From IMG/VR virus record IMGVR_UViG_3300023218_000040, positions 32,001-96,000 of that record: 64,000 bases of DNA. One strand, written 5' to 3'. The notes below the pieces were generated by a model, which saw only the letters and a list, made by a program, of their open reading frames with translations, ran no database searches and was not told the origin of the DNA. Positions within the stretch are counted from its first letter, which is position 1; every line of letters begins with the position of its first letter. The position numbers and the translations under genes are program-made. The stretch comes from a virus (Duplodnaviria > Caudoviricetes). Of this stretch, positions 9,589 to 19,543 are shown one piece after another.

Positions 9589-9682
9589 CCAACAGCGGAA
9601 ACACTGACCCTTCAGGACTAAAATACATTTCTCAGGCTTACCTCAGCCATTTACCTTGAAGATTTCTATACGGAGGCATAAG

Positions 9683-9712
9683 TTGACATAGATTTCATGT
9701 AAACCATATATA
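9683..9712 (+). promoter_or_regulatory. Putative sigma70-type promoter
   Basis: TTGACA-N18-TATATA upstream of the 9830 gene. Confidence 0.45.
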
Positions 9713-9829
9713 AATGTGTGACTCCTACCCTACAGAGGATTACACGTTTATTAACCAAGACCACAGGCAGTAAGCCCCGGCAAGTAGGTCGGGCATTTGA
9801 AGTCCTGCGGCAGTACAAGGAGATGTGAT

Positions 9830-10684
9830 ATGTTTAGCTCAACTAGAGAGTATGAGGCTTGCGTGCTCGTCAATGGCAAGCCAGTCACGGAAGTGACTCA
9901 CAACGGGCGCACCTACATCGAAGGTCGGAATAATTCTGTCTACAAACTTCGCTTCACCAACAAGACCAGCCGGCGTGTTCTAATTATTCCCTCAGTGGAC
10001 GGATTAAACGTCCTCGACGGCAAGCCATGCGGCAAGGATTCCAGAGGATACGTAGTGGGTGCTTACGGAAGCATCACCATCCCAGGTTGGACCGTCGATG
10101 GTAGCACTGCTGCCAAGTTCATGTTCAAGCCACAGAACGCAGATCGGAGCAAGGATGAGACGTACGTGGAAGCCATGGGTGAGAACCCTGAGAACCAAGG
10201 TGTTATCGGTTTCATGGTATTCACGGAAGCATACCCAGTAAATCCAAGAATCTGGAGAAAGTCTACGTTCCTTCCGAAAAATAGATGGGATGATGGTACT
10301 GATGATGCAAGCGATTGTATGATCCGCTCATCTGTATCCAGCGCTGCGTTTAGTACGAATGCCATGGGGGTCAGTTCAAATGTGACTACAACAATGAATT
10401 CTTCTGATGCTATGCCAAACCCAGATGAGGGCAAGAGCCTTGGTACTGGTTTTGGAAAGGCCACCGACTTCGAAACCACTACGACTAGCTTCAGTAAGGC
10501 GTCTTCGAATCCACAGGTGGTATTCAGCTTCTTCTACGATACGTTGCAGAACCTGAAGAAGATTGGAGTACCAGTGAAGCACTTCCAAAAGAAGGGACGA
10601 AAGAAGAAGGGTCCGAACCCTTTTCCTATGTCACCTGAACTGATGGGACTTTGCTGCCAACCACCAAGAGGATGGAGAAGATGA
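9830..10684 (+). CDS. Hypothetical protein
   Basis: Start moved to ATG 9830 (AGGAGA SD); globular N-terminal half (SVDGLNVLDG, GYVV, IPGW, GVIGFMVF) followed by Ser/Thr-rich tail. Confidence 0.75.
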   Translation: MFSSTREYEACVLVNGKPVTEVTHNGRTYIEGRNNSVYKLRFTNKTSRRVLIIPSVDGLNVLDGKPCGKDSRGYVVGAYGSITIPGWTVDGSTAAKFMFKPQNADRSKDETYVEAMGENPENQGVIGFMVFTEAYPVNPRIWRKSTFLPKNRWDDGTDDASDCMIRSSVSSAAFSTNAMGVSSNVTTTMNSSDAMPNPDEGKSLGTGFGKATDFETTTTSFSKASSNPQVVFSFFYDTLQNLKKIGVPVKHFQKKGRKKKGPNPFPMSPELMGLCCQPPRGWRR

Positions 10685-10902
10685 CTATCTGCCATTGTTC
10701 TGATCCAGAGTGCGCATGGCTGGGTTGTAAAGCAACTCGGAGAAGGGGACAGGCACCGCCTGTCCCCTTCATCCCAGTATGGCCTCGACCAGATAGAATA
10801 GGATGGAAGTGTCCAAATTGCGGGTCTGGTATATCTCCGGATGAAAAGAGTTGTCCAAACTGCCAGCCAAAGTTCACCGGAACGGTTTCCGAGCCTTCTT
10901 GA
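10681..10902 (+). CDS. Small Cys-rich / zinc-ribbon protein
   Basis: ATGA overlap with upstream stop; WKCPNCG...CPNC. Confidence 0.5.
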   Translation: MTICHCSDPECAWLGCKATRRRGQAPPVPFIPVWPRPDRIGWKCPNCGSGISPDEKSCPNCQPKFTGTVSEPS

Positions 10903-11164
10903 AGCGTTTGTTGTACCAATCCGAGATTAATGATCCTATAAGGACTAGACCGATGATGCAAATTGCAATCAGAATAAACCACCAGAACACCAAAAACGGC
11001 CACAGACCGATGTACACGTACACCCACGGATCTACCCAGGAAAACACTTCGTACTCCCCAAACAAGAGATAGAGAAGAAGGCCAATGGCAGCATAGAAGA
11101 TCGCTGCTATCGGCCCTCCGACCTTCACAACAAACTCGTTGGGGGACTTAACTTGTTTAATCAT
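10874..11164 (-). CDS. Small membrane protein
   Basis: Two long hydrophobic segments and a basic C-terminus; coupled to the upstream ORF. Confidence 0.55.
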   Translation of the reverse strand: MIKQVKSPNEFVVKVGGPIAAIFYAAIGLLLYLLFGEYEVFSWVDPWVYVYIGLWPFLVFWWFILIAICIIGLVLIGSLISDWYNKRFKKARKPFR

Positions 11165-11352
11165 CGAACCTTCACGCTTGTTCGATCACCGATGGCAACC
11201 AGGGCATCCTCCAATGCTTGATCGATGAGGAAATTGTTGCCGGCGCACGACTCCATCTGACTACGCACGATGTGTGACAACCTCCGGATGATTGCATCCC
11301 GGTCAGTTACATCGTCCCAAGTTGGGTCATCAATTTGGTCTGTGGGTCTCAT
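11161..11352 (-). CDS. Hypothetical protein
   Basis: 63 aa, GGAG SD upstream. Confidence 0.5.
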   Translation of the reverse strand: MRPTDQIDDPTWDDVTDRDAIIRRLSHIVRSQMESCAGNNFLIDQALEDALVAIGDRTSVKVR

Positions 11353-11364
11353 GGTTTCTCCAGG

Positions 11365-11463
11365 TCAATCGTCTCGTAAGAACGCAAGATAGCACACTAC
11401 GGCAAAAGTGACAACACCTAGCCATAGGTGAATAATGTCCCAATTTTGAATTATCCAGTTCAT
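11365..11463 (-). CDS. Small single-pass membrane peptide (32 aa)
   Basis: MNWIIQNWDIIHLWLGVVTFAVVCYLAFLRDD, GGAG SD, below ORF-track cutoff. Confidence 0.4.
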   Translation of the reverse strand: MNWIIQNWDIIHLWLGVVTFAVVCYLAFLRDD

Positions 11464-11605
11464 CGGCTGGTATCTCCGGGTTAGAAAGGCGTCCTGTTTC
11501 CACTCCCAGGCAATCAAATCCTCTTCCGCTCTCGAAGCCACATAAGCCTCCGAGACACCGGTCGAATCTATGATATTCTTGCCTCTATCTCAACAACGGA
11601 TAGCT

Positions 11606-11634
11606 AATATATATTATCCATTTTTATCTGTCAA
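11606..11634 (-). promoter_or_regulatory. Sigma70-type promoter
   Basis: TTGACA-N17-TATATT, near consensus, upstream of the small-gene cluster. Confidence 0.7.
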
Positions 11635-11642
11635 GAAATAAT

Positions 11643-11975
11643 TTAAGAGACCTCGGCCTCAACGCATTCTTGTAAGCCCCTGATTTTCCCCCGTTTTTCT
11701 GGGTCGGCGGGGTTGGAAAGCTCACATCCGCCACGTTCTCCAATAAAAATCTGTCGAACTGTACGGTTTGTGATGGCCTGCATGGGGGTTTCGTTGATGA
11801 GTCCCACTTCGGTCAATACTTCAATGGAACGGTTGCTGGAGAAAGGATATACCTCGAAACGTTTGAATTCGTAGCCGTCACCGTGATGCAATAGGATATT
11901 CTCCCGAAGCTGTTCGAGAGCTTTCTTCTGCGAAGGGGTTACTGGTACCCCGTTGTACTCCGGTGTAGCGGTCAT
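11643..11975 (-). CDS. Hypothetical protein
   Basis: 110-aa ORF with normal composition. Confidence 0.6.
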   Translation of the reverse strand: MTATPEYNGVPVTPSQKKALEQLRENILLHHGDGYEFKRFEVYPFSSNRSIEVLTEVGLINETPMQAITNRTVRQIFIGERGGCELSNPADPEKRGKIRGLQECVEAEVS

Positions 11976-12048
11976 TAGTTATCCGATGGAGTGAATAAGG
12001 TTATGGTTGGAGACCATTATTGTGGTTCCTTGTCTTGTGCTCATGACC

Positions 12049-12054
12049 TAAATA
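12049..12054 (+). promoter_or_regulatory. Putative late promoter TAAATA
   Basis: 28 nt upstream of ATG 12082. Confidence 0.6.
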
Positions 12055-12081
12055 CTTACATGTTCAACGGAGAAAGTCAAG

Positions 12082-12492
12082 ATGTCCCACAGCCTGTTAG
12101 GAAAAGCAGTTGACGATGTGCTAGCCCAATTCTGGGGACCACACGAGGGTCGCAACTATTTCACTACTACCGTTGTTCCACAGCTACGCATCCAGGTATT
12201 TGGTTCAGATCCAGCAACCTCAGTTGTTGTTGAAGAAAATACTACTCTTGAATTTCGTGGTTCGAACAACTCTAATGCAATCGGTAGCTTTCCGGTTCGT
12301 GGTGCTAAGTTATTTCCAACAACCAACCCAGCAGATTGGACAATCATCGGTGGTCCGGTTCTGGTTGCATCAGGGTTAGTTGTTGTAGCGTTGACTGCTC
12401 GTCCAGATCCATATGGTATCCGAGTTCGTGTGTCAGCTACTGGTGGCGATCCAGTAGTCGGTAGCGTGGTTGTTGCTACCGAGTGGAACTAA
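12082..12492 (+). CDS. Putative virion structural protein
   Basis: Late promoter, Val/Thr/Gly-rich beta-type composition, heads the fibre cluster. Confidence 0.65.
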   Translation: MSHSLLGKAVDDVLAQFWGPHEGRNYFTTTVVPQLRIQVFGSDPATSVVVEENTTLEFRGSNNSNAIGSFPVRGAKLFPTTNPADWTIIGGPVLVASGLVVVALTARPDPYGIRVRVSATGGDPVVGSVVVATEWN

Positions 12493-12883
12493 ATCTCCAT
12501 CCACGTAAGATTTGCTCTCTTCTCCTCTTAGCCCAAGACTTGGACACTACTCTTAGATTTTCTGCTACGTGTAGCCCACACACGTTCCGGCCTCGTAACG
12601 GTATCTCGTGAGCAACCAGCAATGGTATACCCATTTCACGACTTAGTCTCTCACACTCCTTATAAATGCGTTCAATCTCTATTTCATTAGCCCACCGTGG
12701 CGTGGCTCTTTTGATATCACGGTTTCGCTTCCAGTTCAATTGGTAATTGCAATGCTCGTCTGGGTTTTCCTTGCGCCATACAGCTTGTTGAACACGAGAA
12801 CAAGATACGCATTTCCGATTGGACACGTATCGCTGTGTTCCTCCACACTTTTTACATGGCTTTCCAATCTTCAGTTGCATCAC
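12476..12883 (-). CDS. HNH endonuclease, possibly degenerate
   Basis: CKKCGGTQRYVSNRKCVSC; KRATPRWAN; VAHEIPLRGRNVCGLHVAENL (VAH where VDH is usual). Confidence 0.75.
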   Translation of the reverse strand: MMQLKIGKPCKKCGGTQRYVSNRKCVSCSRVQQAVWRKENPDEHCNYQLNWKRNRDIKRATPRWANEIEIERIYKECERLSREMGIPLLVAHEIPLRGRNVCGLHVAENLRVVSKSWAKRRREQILRGWRFSSTR

Positions 12884-12916
12884 TCAATTACCGGCATAGC
12901 TGAGTAGGTACTTAAC

Positions 12917-12922
12917 TAAATA
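12917..12922 (+). promoter_or_regulatory. Putative late promoter TAAATA
   Basis: 63 nt upstream of ATG 12985 (AGGAG SD). Confidence 0.55.
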
Positions 12923-12984
12923 CTGGCACATTAAGCAGACATTCAAGTCTGTCAATTTAATTAATTCATTAGGAGACAATAATT

Positions 12985-15270
12985 ATGGCATCGAAGGTTC
13001 TTCTTCCACAGACTGGCAATGCCGCTCCCGCTCCTGGTGGTACTGGTGCGATTACTTCGTTCCCAGGTTCTCAGAGTGTTCGCATCATTCAGGTGAACCC
13101 AGGTCCGAATTCCGGTCCAGTTACTGCTACTTTGGAGGTTAAGGGAAGCAACAAGCCAGCCCCTGGCGCTACTGATTTTCAGACGCTAGCCACTATCGAT
13201 CTAACTGGTCATCAGCCCGGTTCGAATGGTAGTTTCACTTTGTACATTCGTGATTCTTCCACGAGCGTTCAGGTTGTTGCCACTGCATTCACTGCTGGTC
13301 AGGTTGCAGTATTCGGTGACGGCAACGACGCAGCCAAGCTAGCTGGTAGCTCTGGTACTACTTTGTCTCAGGCAACTGCTGTTGTTACTTCGCAGCTAAA
13401 CGTGACCGTTGTTGGTCAGAATGTACATATCGCCGCTCCGGTCGTTCCATCGATCACTTCCGACGACGTGACCTATGCTCTGAACTTTAATGAGACCGTT
13501 ACTGACGTTCTTGATCGTCTAGACAGCTTCAACGAGACCATCACTGCTGCCGGTGTTGTAGAAGCTGACGTAAGCCTGCTTGCCGGTAAGGCTGCATATG
13601 GTCTAACCATGGCTGACCTCTGCAAGCTAGCAGATGTTGATGCATCAGCCACTGAACTTAATCAATCTGTCGGTTTGACTGGAAACATTCAGACCCAGCT
13701 TGACGCTATTACTGGTGGCTTCGCCATTGGTCCTGGCGTTGATATCACCGGTCTGGTTGTTGCTGCCGCTGACATCAATACACTGTTTGACGTAAGTCCA
13801 ACAGTCACGATGACTCAACTAAACAACTTTCTGACTGGTTTGGTTGCCACCGCTGGTGACTTGAACTCTTTGGCAGGAACTGCTGGTGACGTAACCGCTG
13901 TTGACTTTGTGAAGCTAGGCAACATTACCGCTTCGGCTGCTGAAATCAACGTTTTGAACGGATTGCTAACAACTGCTTCTGAATTGAATGTTCTGGCTGG
14001 TTCTGGTATCGTTTCTGGCGATATCGCCGCAATCGTTGGCCTCGGAGCAACTGGTGTAACGGCTACAGAGTTCGCTTTCCTTTCCGGTCTATCCGAGAAC
14101 GTACAGGCTGCTTTGAATACAATTACTCCGCTTCCAGGTCTTACCTCTTCGGTTAACGATCTGAACCTGTTGACTGGTGCCTTCGCTGGTACTGGTGCAT
14201 ACTCTGGCGGTGCTATCACTGCTGCCGAGATTTCTCGACTGGACGGTATTACCTCCAATATTCAGGCCCAGATTGACAGTAAGCGTAATGTTGCTGACAC
14301 CATCGGTATTTCTGAGATTACGGGTGCCTCTATTACCACTACGGAGCTTAACTTCCTTCAGGGTGCTACCTCGAATATCCAGGCTCAGATCGATGCAATT
14401 GGAACTGGTTTCCTATCGTTGACTGGTGGAGACATGACCGGACCTCTGTGTCTTGCTGATGGTTCTGTTGGTTCGCCTTCACTGTGCTTCACCAACGACC
14501 CAGGCAATGATACCGGTATCTTCCGTACTGCTCCTGGGTTTGCTTTCACCGTTGATGCTGCACAGGTTGCTCGTTATGACGGAGTTTCCCTAACGTTGGG
14601 TACTGCCGCTGTAACTGCTGAGCCTTTGATCCGCCACAGCGGTTTTGGTTTAACCAATCCGCAATACAGCTTCGTTGGTGACGACGATACGGGTGTAACT
14701 CGTACCGGTGCTGACCGTATTGTTCTTGCTGCTGGTGGTGTGGCTCAGGTTGACGCTGACGGTGTTGCTAATCAGTTGACCCTTGGTGGTCCTACTGCTT
14801 TCAACAACGATGTTGTGGTCTCTGGTCTCTTTGGTGGTATCAAGGAGCTTGGTCGAGCAACCGTTGATGGTTCTTCTGTAGCTAACACGGCCTTGTACAC
14901 GGTACCTGCCGGACGTACAGCAATTGTTACCGCTATCCTAGTACGTCTGTCCAACGCCGTAGTTGGTGGTGGTAGCTATACCGGTAGCGATAACACCATG
15001 CGTATGAACATCGGTTTCAGTCCTCCATACGGTCAGATCGTTGACAACATCAACAACACAACAATCTTCAATCCGTCTTATGGCTTCGACACTAATATGC
15101 AGGTTATGCCGCTGGGTTGGGGTGACAACGTGTTCCCTGCCGTTTCGGGTTCTGCTGGTAAAGACTATCAGGCTCTGGCATCAGGCGCTGTTCTTACCGC
15201 TAGCGTCTCGGTTGGTGCCAACTTCGACTCGTTCGACATGGACCTCATTGTGCTGGGTTACGAACTGTAA
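12985..15270 (+). CDS. Fibre-like virion protein with ELNxLxG / SNIQAQID repeats
   Basis: Repeated T-x-x-E-L-N-x-L-x-G and (T/S)SNIQAQID units; GSVGSPSLCF.ND...DTGIF module common in phage fibres. Confidence 0.8.
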   Translation: MASKVLLPQTGNAAPAPGGTGAITSFPGSQSVRIIQVNPGPNSGPVTATLEVKGSNKPAPGATDFQTLATIDLTGHQPGSNGSFTLYIRDSSTSVQVVATAFTAGQVAVFGDGNDAAKLAGSSGTTLSQATAVVTSQLNVTVVGQNVHIAAPVVPSITSDDVTYALNFNETVTDVLDRLDSFNETITAAGVVEADVSLLAGKAAYGLTMADLCKLADVDASATELNQSVGLTGNIQTQLDAITGGFAIGPGVDITGLVVAAADINTLFDVSPTVTMTQLNNFLTGLVATAGDLNSLAGTAGDVTAVDFVKLGNITASAAEINVLNGLLTTASELNVLAGSGIVSGDIAAIVGLGATGVTATEFAFLSGLSENVQAALNTITPLPGLTSSVNDLNLLTGAFAGTGAYSGGAITAAEISRLDGITSNIQAQIDSKRNVADTIGISEITGASITTTELNFLQGATSNIQAQIDAIGTGFLSLTGGDMTGPLCLADGSVGSPSLCFTNDPGNDTGIFRTAPGFAFTVDAAQVARYDGVSLTLGTAAVTAEPLIRHSGFGLTNPQYSFVGDDDTGVTRTGADRIVLAAGGVAQVDADGVANQLTLGGPTAFNNDVVVSGLFGGIKELGRATVDGSSVANTALYTVPAGRTAIVTAILVRLSNAVVGGGSYTGSDNTMRMNIGFSPPYGQIVDNINNTTIFNPSYGFDTNMQVMPLGWGDNVFPAVSGSAGKDYQALASGAVLTASVSVGANFDSFDMDLIVLGYEL

Positions 15271-15288
15271 TATGACACTTGCCTTGTC

Positions 15289-15317
15289 AGAAAAGGGGGC
15301 TTTGAGCCCCCTTTTCT
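15289..15317. terminator. Intrinsic terminator, potentially bidirectional
   Basis: AGAAAAGGGGGC-TTTGA-GCCCCCTTTTCT, perfect 12-bp stem. Confidence 0.85.
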
Positions 15318-15372
15318 TTGGGGTTATGTTGAGGCGCATTAGCCTGTCATTACGGGAGCCTGTCATTTCGGG

Positions 15373-15378
15373 TAAATA
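15373..15378 (+). promoter_or_regulatory. Putative late promoter TAAATA
   Basis: 31 nt upstream of ATG 15409. Confidence 0.6.
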
Positions 15379-15408
15379 ATATCAAGCGCTTTATTATGGA
15401 AACCTACC

Positions 15409-18400
15409 ATGGCGGACAACCAACAGCAATTTTGGCTTTTTGAAGTATTCGGAACAGATCCTGAACAAATCGGGTTCTTTGGTAATGCTGGCATTATCAT
15501 ACCACGTGGTACCACCGCAGAACGTCCCTCTTCTCCGGTTGATGGTCACATCAGACTTAACACTGATTCCGTTCAATTTGAGGCATTCTTTGATGGAATT
15601 TGGCAATCTCTCGGATCTGGTGGCAGTGGTGGCACGTTTATCGGACAAACCGATACTCCAGGGACATACGTCGGTCAGGGAAATAAGGTTCTACGTGTAA
15701 ACAGTGGCGCTACTGATGTAGAATTCTCTCCTGTTCAAGTTTTGAACTCTGGTGCAATCAGCGTTGCTGGTATCACCAACTATGAGAATTTGGTTACGGG
15801 TGATGATGTTATCCCTAACCGCAAATATGTACAAGACCAGGATGCTCTACGCCTAGCATTGACTGGTGGTACCGTAACCGGTAACATCACCATGTCTGGT
15901 GCTACCGTTACTGGTCTTCCAACCACTCCCGTTGGTTCAACAGATGCCGCATCCAAGGCATACGTTGATAGCATTTCTGCTGGTCTAGATCCAAAAGAGT
16001 CTGTCCGACTAGCTACCACTAGTGCTATCACTCTATCTGGTAACCAGTCCATTGACGGTTTCCTAACCGTAGATGGTGATCGAATTCTGGTCAAGAACCA
16101 AGGCTCTGCTGCTGATAACGGCATTTACATTGCTAACGCTGGGGCATGGACCCGTTCTACAGACCAGGACGGAACCCCAGCCAACGAAGCTTCTGGTGGT
16201 AATTTTACCTTCGTTGAAGAAGGTACTGCGAACGCAGGCACTGGTTGGGTAGTTGTTTGGGATGGACTGATTAACGTTGGCGTTGATCCAATGAACTGGA
16301 CTCAGTTCTCTGGCGGTGGTGGTGCATTTCTACCTCTGGCTGGTGGAACTATGTCTGGTTCTATCGTTATGGGTGCTCCTGGCGTTCAGTTCATTGGTGA
16401 TGTATCTGGCGCTCCTGGTACTCCTCCGTTCACATTTGCCGGTGATACCCTAACTGGCATTCATCAATTAGGTGTCCCTGGTACTATCAATTTTGTTTCC
16501 GGTGGTGCCGCCAACTGGTCTATCGCACCGGCCCCTGGCGCATTTCTACCAGCAACAACACTAACCCACGACATTGGTTCTATGGGATTGAAGATTGCCA
16601 ACTTCTATGGTGATCATCATTTAATGAATTTTGGTGCTGCTGGTGACCCATCATACTCTTTTGAGGGCGATACAAACACTGGTATGTACAACGGCGGTGG
16701 TGACATTCTTAACTTCGCCACGGCTGGTACGTTACGCTTCATTATTGAAGCGGACGGAACCCTATCTGTCCCTCCGGGTACCTATGAGAATCTAGTCACT
16801 AATGACGATGTTATACCTAATAAGAAGTTTGTCGATGACGCAATAGCTGCTGTCGCAACTTATGTTACCGTTGCTGGTGATTCTGGTTCTGCTACTGCTT
16901 CAACTCAGGGCGAAACAGTTAGTCTCATCGGAGCAACTTCGGGTGGTATCACGACCGTTGGTAGTGACGGACCAGATCAGGTAACCTTCGGTATCACACC
17001 AATTGATTTGGTAACTGGTGGTGCAACTCTGGCTACTGGCGATTTCATTATTGTCAGTGACGCTGCGGATGGTGTAACCACGCTTGCCCAAAAGTATACC
17101 TTTGGTGACGTAATCACCGATCTCGGACTTAGCACGCAAACATTAACTGCAAGTGAGGGTGTGCAGCTAGTAGCCGATGACATTCAGCTTGACATTAACG
17201 GACTGGGTGATCTTGTAGCATTTGGTACATTTCCGGTTAGTCCTTCACCGGGTACCATCACTGTTGCACTAGAGGATATAAGTGCAGCCACATCTGGTCA
17301 TGCCAAGTTGACCGTCGCAGAACTTCTTTTTCGTTCTATCAAACCTGTAGCCGATAGTGGTATTGCTATCAGTGGTCAAACAATTGGTGGTATTAATGAT
17401 GTTCTTGGTGTTGAGTTAGATTTAACGACCATCATTACCGCCGATGATACGCTGGAAACAAATGATTTCTTTGCGTATCAAGATGTCAGTGCTGGTAATC
17501 TACGAACTGCCACGTTTGGTAACTTGTTTGAAAATCTTGATGTTCCACACGGCATTACATCTAATGGATTTGTAGTACGCACAGCCGATGACACTTACGC
17601 ATCACGTTCGATTGTAGTAAGTGGTCCTGGTAACGAAGATGGTCTATCTATCACGGACGGTGATGGTGTTTCTGGTAACCCAACAATTGGTTTGGATATT
17701 GTTGGAAACGCATTGGCTGGTGAAGATGTTGCTACAGGTGACCTCTTCCTGTTGTACAACGCTTCGTCTTCAGCTAACGAAGCATTCACTCTGGCCGAAG
17801 TTGCTGCTGGTATTTCTACCGAACTGACAATTAACAATACGTTGTTGGTTGATGATGACCTCGATACGAGGATTCAAGTAGAAGAAGGTACTGATGATGA
17901 TACCATCCGCTTCGATGTTGGCGATAGTCCTGCCGGATATGGCGCTGTTCAAGATATCCTAACTCTATCCTCTGCCGGTTTCAACCTAAGCATGGGCACG
18001 GCGGATTCTGGAACTAATGGTGCCCCAATCGAACTGACTGCTGGTACTGGTGGTGCTGGTGGTGTTGGTGGTCTTTTTAGACTCATTGCTGGTAGTGGTG
18101 ACTTTGTTGGTGGTAATACCGGTGGTACCATGGAAGTATCTGGTGGTACTTCCCCTGGTGGTGGTACCGGTGGTAATGCAAGTCTAAGTGGTGGCCCATC
18201 TCTAGGCGTTGGTATTGGTGTTGGTGGTAATGCAACTGTTGCAGGTGGTACCAGTGCCAACGGAACTGGTGGTGAAGTTAGTATCATTAGCGGAATTGGT
18301 AATAATAGTGGTAGCGTAAACATCAGTACACCAAACGCAGTAAATGGTACGTCGGGTGCCATCTCGATTACTACTGGCGATTCTGTTGGCGCTGGTAACG

Positions 18401-19341
18401 ATGCTGGTGACATCACAATCGCAGCCGGTGATGGAAACCCCGGTGGAGAAAATAATGGTGAAGGTGGTGATGTACTGATCTCTGCCGGTAACTCTGATTT
18501 CGCAGATGCCGGTGGTATCATCACACTAACCGCTGGAACGGGGGGTTCTACTGGAGATGGTGGAGGAATCACTATTACTGCTGGTAATGGTGGTTCCACT
18601 TCCGGCGATGGGGCAGATATTAATCTAAACGCTGGTAATGCAGACGGTTCTGGTTCTGGCGGTGATGTTAACATCAACGCTGGTGCCGGTGCATCCCCTG
18701 GTGGTGCTATCAACCTAACCGCTGGTAATTCTACCTCTACGGATATTGGTGGACCTGTAAACATCACGGCTGGTAATGGTGGTCCAAATGATGGTAATGG
18801 CGGCGTAGTTGTAATCACTGCCGGTGACGGTGGCGCAACAAATTCTAATGGTGGTGATATCGAACTTCGTCCGGGTTCTCTAGCAGGAACTGGAATGAAC
18901 GGTGTGGTTCGGGTCATTGGACCAGCTATTGGTTCTGCTGGTGCCATTCGTCTTGAGGACAATACTGGTGGTCAATTTGTTAGTATTGAAGCCCCAGCTA
19001 CGGTCCCAACAAGCCATTCATTGATTCTTCCTGCGGCTCCTGCCAGTGTAACTAATGCTCCACTGGTATCTGATACCAGTGGTAACTTGAGCTTTGGTTC
19101 CTCGGCAGTTGGTACGGTTCGTAAGTTTGCTCAGGACAACGCTACAACATCAACATCCGAACAGTTTACTCACAGCCTGGGAACGACGGATGTTATCGTT
19201 CAGGTATACGACCTAACAACTTCTCCAGCCACTCAGTTTGTCCCAGGTGATATTGAAATCGATGATGCCAATAACGTGACAATTACCGTGGCAATAGCCC
19301 CGGGTGGTGCAGGCGAATACCGTGTCGTGATCACTGGATAA
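15409..19341 (+). CDS. Long Gly-rich tail/head fibre protein
   Basis: DAASKAYVD...GLDPKESVRLATT...GDRILVKNQ...NGIY module; duplicated YENLVTxDDVIPNxK(Y/F)V; about 250 aa of GG-x-I-x-I-x-AG-x-G repeats; C-terminal HSLGTTDVIVQVYD domain. Confidence 0.85.
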   Translation: MADNQQQFWLFEVFGTDPEQIGFFGNAGIIIPRGTTAERPSSPVDGHIRLNTDSVQFEAFFDGIWQSLGSGGSGGTFIGQTDTPGTYVGQGNKVLRVNSGATDVEFSPVQVLNSGAISVAGITNYENLVTGDDVIPNRKYVQDQDALRLALTGGTVTGNITMSGATVTGLPTTPVGSTDAASKAYVDSISAGLDPKESVRLATTSAITLSGNQSIDGFLTVDGDRILVKNQGSAADNGIYIANAGAWTRSTDQDGTPANEASGGNFTFVEEGTANAGTGWVVVWDGLINVGVDPMNWTQFSGGGGAFLPLAGGTMSGSIVMGAPGVQFIGDVSGAPGTPPFTFAGDTLTGIHQLGVPGTINFVSGGAANWSIAPAPGAFLPATTLTHDIGSMGLKIANFYGDHHLMNFGAAGDPSYSFEGDTNTGMYNGGGDILNFATAGTLRFIIEADGTLSVPPGTYENLVTNDDVIPNKKFVDDAIAAVATYVTVAGDSGSATASTQGETVSLIGATSGGITTVGSDGPDQVTFGITPIDLVTGGATLATGDFIIVSDAADGVTTLAQKYTFGDVITDLGLSTQTLTASEGVQLVADDIQLDINGLGDLVAFGTFPVSPSPGTITVALEDISAATSGHAKLTVAELLFRSIKPVADSGIAISGQTIGGINDVLGVELDLTTIITADDTLETNDFFAYQDVSAGNLRTATFGNLFENLDVPHGITSNGFVVRTADDTYASRSIVVSGPGNEDGLSITDGDGVSGNPTIGLDIVGNALAGEDVATGDLFLLYNASSSANEAFTLAEVAAGISTELTINNTLLVDDDLDTRIQVEEGTDDDTIRFDVGDSPAGYGAVQDILTLSSAGFNLSMGTADSGTNGAPIELTAGTGGAGGVGGLFRLIAGSGDFVGGNTGGTMEVSGGTSPGGGTGGNASLSGGPSLGVGIGVGGNATVAGGTSANGTGGEVSIISGIGNNSGSVNISTPNAVNGTSGAISITTGDSVGAGNDAGDITIAAGDGNPGGENNGEGGDVLISAGNSDFADAGGIITLTAGTGGSTGDGGGITITAGNGGSTSGDGADINLNAGNADGSGSGGDVNINAGAGASPGGAINLTAGNSTSTDIGGPVNITAGNGGPNDGNGGVVVITAGDGGATNSNGGDIELRPGSLAGTGMNGVVRVIGPAIGSAGAIRLEDNTGGQFVSIEAPATVPTSHSLILPAAPASVTNAPLVSDTSGNLSFGSSAVGTVRKFAQDNATTSTSEQFTHSLGTTDVIVQVYDLTTSPATQFVPGDIEIDDANNVTITVAIAPGGAGEYRVVITG

Positions 19342-19458
19342 TAACAATGAGAATCGAAATCGATCTCACTATCGATGGAACTCAAATGGTGGTGGAACCT
19401 ATCACTTGATCCAAAACATTTCGTCCCTATGTTTCTTCACAAACGTCTGGGTGGACAC

Positions 19459-19543
19459 ATGAAGATCTTCAGCATCGATTTATCTAAAACCGGATCAAAC
19501 TCGCTTGTTTGATGCTCTCATAGTTTTGGGATATGACCTATGA
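19459..19543 (+). pseudogene. Possible remnant of a sulfotransferase N-terminus
   Basis: MKIFSIDLSKTGSNSL then +1 shift FDALIVLGYDL*, resembling the PAPS-binding start KIFGIGLSKTGTTSL..AL..LGY. Confidence 0.4.

Noticed and set aside
17949-18962. 337-aa Pro-rich antisense ORF
   Set aside because: Mirror of Gly (GGT) codons in the fibre gene; shadow ORF.
19347-19409. 20-codon ORF MRIEIDLTIDGTQMVVEPIT after the fibre gene
   Set aside because: Too short, no SD, no recognisable motif.
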